A stretch of DNA of 64,000 nucleotides from Candidatus Marinacidobacterales bacterium. Lineage in GTDB: Bacteria; Acidobacteriota; Vicinamibacteria; Marinacidobacterales; DATDRI01. The notes under the pieces were generated by a model, which did no database searches, was not told where the DNA came from, and saw only the letters and a list, made by a program, of their open reading frames with translations. The stretch is from assembly GCA_965219415.1 (NCBI GenBank), contig CBDCNP010000002.1, forward strand, positions 320,001 to 384,000, read 5' to 3'. Of this stretch, positions 51,896 to 60,609 are shown piece by piece (the stretch's first letter is position 1; the number at the start of each line of letters is the position of its first letter). A program made the position numbers and the translations under genes.

Positions 51896-52135
51896 ATGGA
51901 CGTAGTCACACCAAACCAAATGCATCGTATTTTCGTAGTTACGGACGCGATGTCCATTCACCGCGAAGGGATCATCGTCCCACTGGGCCCGGAGGGTTCA
52001 GGAAGCGTTCGGCTCATCGGCAACAAAGTCGAAGTCACGGTTCCCGCCGAGGGCGATTTCGATGATTGGATCGCGGGGCTTCGCGACCAGATCGCCAACC
52101 TCGATCTGTCCGGGGTCAGAAAAGCAGAAACGTAG
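51896..52135 (+). CDS. small hypothetical protein (79 aa)
   Basis: GAGG RBS then ATG; fills the gap between genes. Confidence 0.65.
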   Translation: MDVVTPNQMHRIFVVTDAMSIHREGIIVPLGPEGSGSVRLIGNKVEVTVPAEGDFDDWIAGLRDQIANLDLSGVRKAET

Positions 52136-52138
52136 CCG

Positions 52139-53494
52139 TTAAGCCGAAGCCAGCTCGCCCAGCGCATCCCGAAACACGCCGATCGTATGGTCGATGTCCT
52201 TCTCGTCCATCGACGTCGAGTTACACATCAAGCCCCGGGGAGCGATCGAGACACCGCGGTTCAGCAACATCAAATGTAGGAGTTGTAGCGGCTCGAACGC
52301 GCTCAGTTTGCCGGCGCGATAATTCGTCACTTCGATTTCCGAGAAATGGATCTGCAGGAGAGAGCCCACTCCGGTTATCTTGGCCCATGGCACCTGTATC
52401 GGCCAGGGCACTTCTTAATCCGAGGCGCAGGCGTTCACCGAGCGAATTGATCCGTGTGATCTCCCGCCGCGTGAGGAGCTCGAGCGCGGCCAGGCCCGCG
52501 GCCATGGTCATGGGATTGCCATTGAATGTCCCGGAATGAAAGAACTTGCCGGCGCGCGGATCGTATGGGGACATGAGCTCGTCGCTGCCGCCGAACGCCC
52601 CCACCGGGAACCCGCCTCCGATGACCTTGCCAAGCGTCGTGATATCCGGCGCGACGTGATAACTCTCCTGTGCTCCACCCCAGGCGAGCCGGAGCGTGAT
52701 CACTTCGTCGAAAATCAGCAGTGACCCACAAGTCTGCGTCGCTTCCCGAAGTAGCTCGAGATAACCTGCGGCCGGTGGGATCATACCTGCTGCACCCATG
52801 ACGGGCTCGACGATGACGGCGGCCAACTCATCGGCGTGGCGGTCGATGATGCTTCGCGTGGCCTCCAGGTTATTGAACGGAGCCACGACGACGTCTTCCA
52901 CGACACCCTCGAAGATTCCCTGCGTATCCGCGCGACGGAATGTGGAGCGTCGGGCGGTCCCTCCTGACTCCACAAACTCACTTCCGCGGCATCGTGACTC
53001 CCGTGATAGCCGCCTTCCATCTTTAAGATCTTCGGCCGGCCGGTTTCTGCCTTGGCGAGCCGGATCGCGTGCATCGTCGCTTCGGTTCCGGAGTTACAAA
53101 AGCGGAGCTTCTCCAATGAGGGAATCCGGTCGCACAGAGCCTTGGCGAGTTCCGTCTGGCTCTCTACCGGCGATCCGAACGCGGTCCCTTTTCGGAGCTG
53201 AGCGCTGGTCGCCTCCACGATGCGTGGGTGCGCGTGGCCATGGATAAGCGCGGTGTAGTTGTTGACCAAATCCAAGTAGACGTTACCGTCCACATCGATC
53301 ACAGAACAGCCTTCTCCCTTGTCGATGACAAACGGATAGGGGAAGAAAAAGGCCGCCGCCCGGATACCGCCCCCCGGTAGAAACTTCACCGCTTCGTCGA
53401 AGAGTCGCTTCGAGGCTGGGGTTCGGTTACGATATTCCGTTTCGACGCGGGCTCGGATGCTGGCGAGCTCGTCGATTCTGTTAGGGGATTCCAT
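52139..53494 (-). CDS. class III aminotransferase (GSA aminomutase-like), two frameshifts
   Basis: NSGTEA, GGYHG, IFDEV, LGKVIGGGFP and HSGTFNGN. Confidence 0.88.
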
Positions 53495-53546
53495 CCTTGA
53501 TTATCTAGAGCAGAGAGTCGTCACTGTCAAGCCTTCGGAGAGTGTA

Positions 53547-55694
53547 ATGCTAGTCGCACTGATTCTGACCGCCATCTTGGGTAGCCCATGGCAAAGGCCG
53601 CTTCAAGTAACTGTCCACCCCCAGACCGTCTATCTAGAAAAGGGCGCAACCCATCAATTTCTCAACTTCGACTTCATGTTCGAGAATCCAACCGATGAAC
53701 GACTTCAGCTCGAGCTCATCCGAATGTCGGCCTTTGACGAAGAAGGCCGGCTGCTTCGACGACTCCGGCTGGACCGAAACGCGGTGAGCCCCAGCATGAA
53801 TACCCTTCCGACCGCCGAGCTCGAAGGCGGTGGAACGCTTTTCGTCTTCAATCCGTTTCACACCTTCGACTCCGAGCTGAGGCTCGCACTGTTGCGCTAC
53901 GAATTTATCTTTGCCTCGGAGAATGGTGGGACCCAGCTCGCCGAAACAATCGTGACTCCGGCAAGGTACGAAACGAAAACGCGGCTGGTCCTTCCCCTGC
54001 GAGGACGCATCATCGTCGACGACGGGCACGATTTCTACGCGCATCACCGGCGAGTAAACCTCGATCACCCCTTCGTGAAACAGATCGGAGCCACCGCTAA
54101 CGCCGTTCGTTACGCCTACGATTTCTGCGCCGTGAACGAAGCCGGCGAGCTGCACCGCGGCGACGGCGAGCGCCTGGAGGAATGGTTCGGTTTCGGCGAC
54201 CCGGTATTTTCTCCCGGAGACGGTGTGATTGCGGAGGCGGTAAACGACATCCCGGACAACACCCTCGTCGACGGCAAAGTCGTTTACTCTGATGCGCTAA
54301 CGACGGACGACCCGAAGACCTTCTTCGGCAACTACGTCATCATCGATCATCAAAACGGAGAGTTTAGCTACATAGCCCATCTAAAATTGGGCAGCGTCCG
54401 GGTGAAACCGGGAGCCAAAGTGCTCGCCGGCCAGCTCGTCGGTCTGATGGGCCTGTCCGGCGACACGAGCTTTCCTCACGTCCACTATCAGCTTCAGACG
54501 GGTGTCGATACTTTCCGAGAGGAGGGACTCCCCTCCTACTTTCATGATTTCCGTCGCGTGGTGGGCTCGCAAGAGGTGTCAGTGGGGCGGGGGCACGTCG
54601 ATACTGGAGAGGTCCTCGAATCCACGGCACCGGGAACCGAGCCATCGATGCTGCAGGCCGGCCGCCTGCTCATGGTGCCGGCACCAGACGCCGATCGGGA
54701 GCTCAAGGTACTCGTCTACTACGACATGGAAGGATTGAGTGGGATCGACGACTGGCGGATGACCATGTTCTCGAGAACCGATCGATACCGGAAGGGCCAG
54801 GCTCGGCTGGTGGCCGATGTCAATGCCGTTGTGGAGGGCCTCTTCGAAGGAGGGGCGGATGTTGTTCATGTCGTGGATGGCCATGGAAGCGGAAACCCGC
54901 ACCCGGACATGCCACTGGAGCGCCTCGATCCCAGAGCGCAACACATTCTGAGAGACGCGCCTTTCGATGCGTACGCCGATCTCACGGGAGCCGGGCTCTA
55001 CGACGCGGTCGCGGCTGTCGGCATGCATGCCAAGACCGGCAGTGCCGGTTTCATTTCCCACACGATGTTTCTGGGGACGAAGGTTCGACTCAACGACGCC
55101 TGGGTTACCGAGACCGAGGTTGTCGCCTACTCCTGGGGCCGTGTCGGAGTCCCCGTTATCTTCGCTTCAGGTGACGACGTGCTGGCCCGCGATCTCGAGA
55201 CTATGCCGTGGGTTGAATACGTGACCGTGAAGACCGTGAAGACAGCCCACGGTGCCGACGGAGCGGAGCTCAAGCCTGGCGACGAAGTGGCCGCGCAATT
55301 GCGGGAATCGGCGAAGAGGGCCATTCAAAACCGTCTGCAAGCTCGTGCAATGAGGCTCGAACCTCCGCTCCGTGTTGAATTCCGGGCCGTTCATCCCGCC
55401 AGCTTGTCGTTGCTCGAAAAGATACGTGGCATCGATTACTCAGGCGGGAATGTTTCCTTCACCGCCTCCGATTTCGCCGAAGCGACTCGTGGCATTCAAG
55501 GGCTGCTCGCCGTGGCGGAACAGGGCTACGACCGCGTCCTCTGGGACACCATCGAGGCCCACCCATCGGGAAGCGAGCTCGAGCACCAGTTCGTGGATGA
55601 CTTGTTGGAGCGCTACGCCGAGGTGGAAAACGGCGAATGGCTACCGACCGAGCAAGAGTCCGCCCCGAAGCGCAAATACCACGGCTACAACTGA
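53547..55694 (+). CDS. secreted M23 endopeptidase fused to M55 (DppA-like) D-aminopeptidase
   Basis: M23: HHR...YAYDF, GNYVIIDH, AHLK, PHVH. M55: YDMEG, DGHG, GMHA, SHT, SGD. Confidence 0.85.
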   Translation: MLVALILTAILGSPWQRPLQVTVHPQTVYLEKGATHQFLNFDFMFENPTDERLQLELIRMSAFDEEGRLLRRLRLDRNAVSPSMNTLPTAELEGGGTLFVFNPFHTFDSELRLALLRYEFIFASENGGTQLAETIVTPARYETKTRLVLPLRGRIIVDDGHDFYAHHRRVNLDHPFVKQIGATANAVRYAYDFCAVNEAGELHRGDGERLEEWFGFGDPVFSPGDGVIAEAVNDIPDNTLVDGKVVYSDALTTDDPKTFFGNYVIIDHQNGEFSYIAHLKLGSVRVKPGAKVLAGQLVGLMGLSGDTSFPHVHYQLQTGVDTFREEGLPSYFHDFRRVVGSQEVSVGRGHVDTGEVLESTAPGTEPSMLQAGRLLMVPAPDADRELKVLVYYDMEGLSGIDDWRMTMFSRTDRYRKGQARLVADVNAVVEGLFEGGADVVHVVDGHGSGNPHPDMPLERLDPRAQHILRDAPFDAYADLTGAGLYDAVAAVGMHAKTGSAGFISHTMFLGTKVRLNDAWVTETEVVAYSWGRVGVPVIFASGDDVLARDLETMPWVEYVTVKTVKTAHGADGAELKPGDEVAAQLRESAKRAIQNRLQARAMRLEPPLRVEFRAVHPASLSLLEKIRGIDYSGGNVSFTASDFAEATRGIQGLLAVAEQGYDRVLWDTIEAHPSGSELEHQFVDDLLERYAEVENGEWLPTEQESAPKRKYHGYN

Positions 55695-55814
55695 GGCAAA
55701 CTGACCTCCTGAGAGGACACCTCTAGCCCCCCGTTTCCCCGTCGAATCCACTCCCCCAACGAATCAAACCCTTTATACGGAACAATAAGCGCCTGAAACC
55801 GGGGCGCGCCGTTT

Positions 55815-55831
55815 CTGGAATCGACCTTGCA
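55815..55831 (+). promoter_or_regulatory. putative sigma-54 promoter
   Basis: CTGGAATCGACCTTGCA (TGG-N10-GC), about 40 bp upstream of the BON gene. Confidence 0.6.
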
Positions 55832-55869
55832 TTAGTCATGGTATCGGGAGCCGAAAAGGAGGAAGGGAG

Positions 55870-56604
55870 ATGACAAGGATTCTTGCATTCACGTTGATTG
55901 CAGCCCTTGGAGGGCTTTCACTGGCGGCTGCTGCCACTTTGAATGATGCCGAAATACAGTCCGCGATTGAAATTAGTTTAGAGAAAAAGGAGATCTTGAA
56001 CGGCGGCGGAGGCCCGCGAGTCGCGGTCGAGAAGGGTGTGGTCACGCTCGAAGGCAAGGTAAAGAGCGTGTGGGCCAAGAACGAAGCCATCAAGCTCGCG
56101 ATGGAGATCGACGACGTGGTCGCGGTCGAGGACGAGTTGAAGATCGCCTTTGGGGAGAGCGATGAGAAGGTCGGCGAGGAAATTGCAAAACGAATCCGCA
56201 ACTACGTCTACTTCACCGTTTACGACGACGTCAATCTCGCAGTCGAAGACGGTCACGTCCTTCTAAAGGGCCGTGTCACGATGCCCTTCAAGGCAACGGA
56301 GATCGAGAAACGTACCTCCAAGGTTCTGGGTGTCCAAAGCGTCACCAGCGAGATCCAGACTCTTCGGACCAGCATTTACGACAACCGGCTTCGAGTCGTG
56401 CTCACGAATCGAATCTACCGGGACCCTCTGTTTCAGCGCTTTGCCCATCGGGTCAATCCCCCGATCCACATCATCGTCGAGGGTGGTCGGGTTACCTTGA
56501 CCGGCGCCGTCTTCTCCAATCTCGAGAAAATCAAGGCGGAGAGAATCGCGCGGTCGACGTTTGGCGTGTTCAGCGTAGAGAACCGGCTACTGACCGACAC
56601 CTAA
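55870..56604 (+). CDS. multi-BON domain protein
   Basis: Three G.V.L.G.V repeats and a signal peptide. Confidence 0.9.
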   Translation: MTRILAFTLIAALGGLSLAAAATLNDAEIQSAIEISLEKKEILNGGGGPRVAVEKGVVTLEGKVKSVWAKNEAIKLAMEIDDVVAVEDELKIAFGESDEKVGEEIAKRIRNYVYFTVYDDVNLAVEDGHVLLKGRVTMPFKATEIEKRTSKVLGVQSVTSEIQTLRTSIYDNRLRVVLTNRIYRDPLFQRFAHRVNPPIHIIVEGGRVTLTGAVFSNLEKIKAERIARSTFGVFSVENRLLTDT

Positions 56605-56631
56605 GAAGTGACCTCGGCCGGTTTTCCACCG

Positions 56632-56662
56632 GGAGCACCTCATCGAGGTGCTCCTTTTTTTT
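56632..56662 (+). terminator. Rho-independent terminator
   Basis: GGAGCACCTC-ATC-GAGGTGCTCC-T8. Confidence 0.92.
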
Positions 56663-56720
56663 CGCTCCACACCTGTCTCATCTTGCCGGCCCCCATGGCA
56701 TGGGTTATTGTCCATGACCG

Positions 56721-57920
56721 ATGGTCGGCATCACGTCCGCGCGCAGTTGGTTTCCCGGACTACGCGAAGGTGTCTATCTCGATACCGCGAACTTCGGTCT
56801 GCTCGCCTCACCCGTCGTAGATTCGATTTCCGAGCAGATTCGCGAGCTGACTAGAATCCCCGAAAAAGGAGCCGACCGTCGATGGTTCGCGCTGGAAGCC
56901 GAGTCTCGGGCCGCGCGCCTAGCGGTGGGGCAGATCATCGGCGCCGGAGCCGACCGGATTGCACTGGTCGAGTCGACGAGTCATGGACTTCAGATTGCGG
57001 CATCATCCATTCCCCTGGCCGCAGGCGACGAGGTCTTGATCGCGGGTTGGGACTTCGTTGGACTTTCCCTCGTTTGGCGCTCGGCTATCGCACAAAAGGG
57101 CATTTCGGTTCGCACGCTCGACCTGGGTCAGGCTTCGGATCCAACCGCATCGTTGGTGTCAGGGTTGCGCCCGGAAACACGCGTGGTGTGTACCAGCTCG
57201 GTTTCGGAAAACCATGGCTTTCGCCTGAACCTTGCGGAGCTCGGAACGGCCTGCCAAGCAAACCGATGCTGGCTGATTCTTGACGTTATGCAGGAAGCGG
57301 GAGTGCGGCAACTGGAGTTGGATCGCACCGCGGTGGATTTTGCATCAGCAGGGGGCCACAAATGGCTGGGCTGCCCCTTCGGGTCGGGATTCCTGTATGT
57401 CGGCGAGAACCGTTTCGATGAATTGATAACTCCCGCCCTGGGCTACCTCGGGATCGCTGAGCCTCGTGAAGGATGGGCAAACTACCTGAGCTCACCGCTG
57501 GCCGGACCCCTCGATGAACTTCCACGGCGTCGCCAAGGACAGGCTCTAGAGATCGGGGGTACCCCGAATTTCCCGGGTCGCTTGGCTCTCGCCGCCTCGT
57601 GCGGACTCATGAACCAAGTTGGCATCGAGTCCATCGAGCAGCACGTCTTGAGCCTGACCGGAAGTTTGTGGGACGAGTTGTCCGACCTCGGCCTGAAGAT
57701 GGTGACTCCGCGTGACGACGAGTCTCGGGCGGGTATCGTCACCTTCTCGCTTGGCCAGCCCGAGCGGGACCGCGACTTAGCCAAGGCTCTTGCGACCCGT
57801 GGCGCACACGTCTCCTGTCGTTACCGTCAAAGTATCGGTGGCGTTCGCGCCTCGGTCCATTTCTACAACAATCGACAGGACATCGAAGATTTTCTAAGAG
57901 CTTTGGCAGACGCCAGGTAA
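56721..57920 (+). CDS. class V aminotransferase-fold PLP enzyme
   Basis: YLDTA, STSHG, DVMQ, GGHKW, GT and RASVHFYN. Confidence 0.88.
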   Translation: MVGITSARSWFPGLREGVYLDTANFGLLASPVVDSISEQIRELTRIPEKGADRRWFALEAESRAARLAVGQIIGAGADRIALVESTSHGLQIAASSIPLAAGDEVLIAGWDFVGLSLVWRSAIAQKGISVRTLDLGQASDPTASLVSGLRPETRVVCTSSVSENHGFRLNLAELGTACQANRCWLILDVMQEAGVRQLELDRTAVDFASAGGHKWLGCPFGSGFLYVGENRFDELITPALGYLGIAEPREGWANYLSSPLAGPLDELPRRRQGQALEIGGTPNFPGRLALAASCGLMNQVGIESIEQHVLSLTGSLWDELSDLGLKMVTPRDDESRAGIVTFSLGQPERDRDLAKALATRGAHVSCRYRQSIGGVRASVHFYNNRQDIEDFLRALADAR

Positions 57921-57985
57921 CGCCCATCGGGATGGGGCTCGCTGCGCTAGTTATGATAGGGTCGCACTTTGCACGGGAGGTAAGA

Positions 57986-58423
57986 ATGCTAGAGGCCGGT
58001 GCTCAAGCGCCAGACTTCACGGTTCAGGATCACACCGGGAAGACTGTCAAGCTTTCAGATTTTGCGGGCAAGCACGTTGCCCTCTGGTTCTACCCCAAGG
58101 CGGATACGCCCGGGTGAACGGCCGAGGGTTGCGGGTTCCGCGACCGAATCCAACTGTACAACGACAAAGGTGTCCAGATTCTCGGAATCAGTTTCGATAC
58201 CGTAGAGGAAAATGCCGCCTTCGCCAAGAAGTTCGACTTCAATTTCCCTTTACTTTGCGATACGGACCGCACGGTCGGCCTGGCCTATGGGGCCTGCGAC
58301 AGCGCCGACGCTCAGTACGCAAAACGGATCAGCTATCTCATCGATGGTGAGGGAAAAGTCGTAAAGGCGTATCCGAACGTGGATGCTGCCAAGCACCCGG
58401 AGGAGGTGCTGAAAGATCTCTAG
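57986..58423 (+). CDS. bcp: BCP/PrxQ peroxiredoxin, selenoprotein (UGA at 58115)
   Basis: FYPKADTPG-UGA-TAEGCGFRD; the frame continues to a TAG at 58421; GGAGG RBS. Confidence 0.9.
58127..58145 (+). promoter_or_regulatory. putative bacterial SECIS hairpin
   Basis: GGTTGCGG-GTT-CCGCGACC, with the loop G 18 nt after the UGA. Confidence 0.7.
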
Positions 58424-58447
58424 CGGGAGCGTTCACTCCCTCTCCCT

Positions 58448-58483
58448 TCCGCCTTCGCGAAAGCTTCGGCGGAACCGCCGAAG
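58448..58483. repeat. palindromic REP-like element, copy A
   Basis: TCCGCCTTCGC...AGCTTCGGCGGAACCGCCGAAG. Confidence 0.7.
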
Positions 58484-58545
58484 TTCTTGGAACACACGCG
58501 GACGGCGGCGGGCAGGGAGAGGGCCGGGGTGAGGGTAGTCTTACC

Positions 58546-59319
58546 TCACTCCTTGAGAAAGGACATCCAGTCGTCGAAATCATCGTCCCCGATGACCACG
58601 CCGCCGTCGATGGGGTCGGTACCGAGGCCGGGGTCATAGATGAATCTGCCGGCGCCCGGCTCCCTTGTACGACGCACTGGGCCCGCATGGCTGGAACTCG
58701 ATACCCACCGCCTCAGAGAGGCGCGTGGGTTCAGGACCCGCGCAACTGGATCGTTGTCGTAATGCCAGCGGAAGGTTTTGACCTCTTCCAAGATATCCAG
58801 GTTGGGGAAATCGACGAGTAGTTCCTCAACAAACACCCCATCCAGCTTTCGGCTAAACGGATAATCAGGAATCTGATTCTCGAGGTACTCCAGAATTTTC
58901 GCCGTCGCCGAGTCCCGAGGGAGGTGACCATTCGATTCTACGATTCCATCCGAGGCTACGACGTCCTTGGTCGCCAGCCGATTCAAATCGAGCGGACCGG
59001 CGAACTGCACGCCGTTTAGTGCGAGACCATGTGTAGCCGCACCAGAATCATCCTTCCCCCACACAACGCGAGCATCGGTGTCATAGCTGACCTGAGGATA
59101 GAAACAGATCCGCAGTCGCACCTCTTGTCCCGACGAAAGGCATTCATCGGCGACGATCCCTGCTCCGGAGTCCGAGATGTCGTTCACAATGCCGTACATG
59201 GGGGTGGACCCGCCCCCCTGCACCGTCAATACCAAGAGTTTTCTCGGCATGAGGCGCCGGAGCGCCCTTTGCTCGCGGCGACGAAGCGATCTTCGATGGC
59301 TCTCGCCGTGCAAGGTCAT
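58546..59319 (-). CDS. PilZ + replication-initiator-like C-terminal domain, paralog 1
   Basis: Arg-rich RxxxR and DISDSG; C-terminal YPF..DFPNLDILEEVKTFRWHYD..NPRASLRRW. Confidence 0.8.
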   Translation of the reverse strand: MTLHGESHRRSLRRREQRALRRLMPRKLLVLTVQGGGSTPMYGIVNDISDSGAGIVADECLSSGQEVRLRICFYPQVSYDTDARVVWGKDDSGAATHGLALNGVQFAGPLDLNRLATKDVVASDGIVESNGHLPRDSATAKILEYLENQIPDYPFSRKLDGVFVEELLVDFPNLDILEEVKTFRWHYDNDPVARVLNPRASLRRWVSSSSHAGPVRRTREPGAGRFIYDPGLGTDPIDGGVVIGDDDFDDWMSFLKE

Positions 59320-59392
59320 AGCAACCCTTACTCTGTTCGCCCGTTGCCGTTGCCGTTACCAGTGCTGTCGTAATACTCATTGCCGTTCTCAA

Positions 59393-60172
59393 TCAAGCTA
59401 CCGGCCAGCGCCTAAGCGCGGAGCGCAGGTTCGTGAACTGCGAAACGGGTTGGCTGTCGTAGTGCCATCGGAAGGTCTTGACTTCTTCTAAAATGTCGAC
59501 CTCCGGAAAATCACCCATTAGCTCGACGATGAACTCGCAATCAAGCCTGCGGTCGAACGGGTAGCCGGAAACCTGGTGCTCGAGGTATTCGAGGATCGCC
59601 CGGGTCACGTCGTCGCCCCAGCTTCTTTCTTCGTAAATCCTTGTTACGTATCGCTCCAAGTAAGGCTCGAGTTCCTTGCGGATCTGCGCGATCCCATCTG
59701 TGTAATCGATTTTCTCGTCGGAAATGAGATGTTCTATGTCCGGGTCGATGATGATGTACGCGAGCTCCTCTTCCTCGGGCGGGTAGTTTTTCAGGAACCC
59801 GGGATTCAAGATCTCCGGGAACAAAAGCCGCCTCCTCAGTTGCTCGCGGCTGAGTGGCGAAAGATCCGCAAAGAACACACCCTGAAGCGAGCCGACGATC
59901 TCCGAGCTGGGGTCGAAGCCTTCGGTGCTCCAAACGATGCGTGCCTTGGTATCGAGAACCCTGCGACGCCCTTCGCTGAGCACCAGCCTGATGGCCGCAC
60001 CTCGGACCAGGGTATGGTCGGTGACGAGGAAGGCGCCGGTCTCCGACATGTTGGAGACCGTGCCTTGTGCGACTTTCAGGTCGCCGTCGAGAATCGCTGC
60101 GGAGAGAGACCGCGTTGGCGCAACACGGGGCGAAATCCGCAAGTCTCCGGGGCTACGTGCTGGTTGAACCAT
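59393..60172 (-). CDS. PilZ + replication-initiator-like C-terminal domain, paralog 2
   Basis: RISPR and NMSETG; C-terminal YPF..DFPEVDILEEVKTFRWHYD..NLRSALRRW. Confidence 0.8.
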   Translation of the reverse strand: MVQPARSPGDLRISPRVAPTRSLSAAILDGDLKVAQGTVSNMSETGAFLVTDHTLVRGAAIRLVLSEGRRRVLDTKARIVWSTEGFDPSSEIVGSLQGVFFADLSPLSREQLRRRLLFPEILNPGFLKNYPPEEEELAYIIIDPDIEHLISDEKIDYTDGIAQIRKELEPYLERYVTRIYEERSWGDDVTRAILEYLEHQVSGYPFDRRLDCEFIVELMGDFPEVDILEEVKTFRWHYDSQPVSQFTNLRSALRRWPVA

Positions 60173-60469
60173 TGTCCCCCCCTCCTTGGACTATGGCTCG
60201 GGGTATGCTTGCTGGCAGTAAGATGGCGACACCTATAAACCCCTTTGACGCACCAATTAGCACATCCTAGCACTAACGAAATTATAAGGCCGTCCTAGTC
60301 GCCGAAACGAGTAGGCAACGCTCAGCCTGGGTTGGGGTAGGCTTGCCTCTAACTTTTTACTCCAACTGCCCAACGGGTGTCAAGTCTCAGTGCGCGCGGG
60401 GCCCCACTTCCACGCGCTGGCCCTTGTTCGCTCGGGCCCAAAACCACGGCCGAATCGCGGCAATTCCTC

Positions 60470-60542
60470 TCCGCCTTCGCTCAACACGTGCACGTGCGTT
60501 CGAGCTACGGCGGATCCGCCGAAGCCTTTTGGCGAAGGCGGA
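60470..60542. repeat. palindromic REP-like element, copy B
   Basis: TCCGCCTTCGC...AGCTACGGCGGATCCGCCGAAG...GCGAAGGCGGA. Confidence 0.7.
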
Positions 60543-60609
60543 CCGGCCGGCGGGCCTCCGGCCCGTCCGTGCGCGGGGACGCCCTCCGCTTCCGGGCATG
60601 GCTGCCCTC

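Noticed and set aside
58546-60172. Prophage remnant
   Set aside because: No integrase, structural or other phage genes flank the pair.
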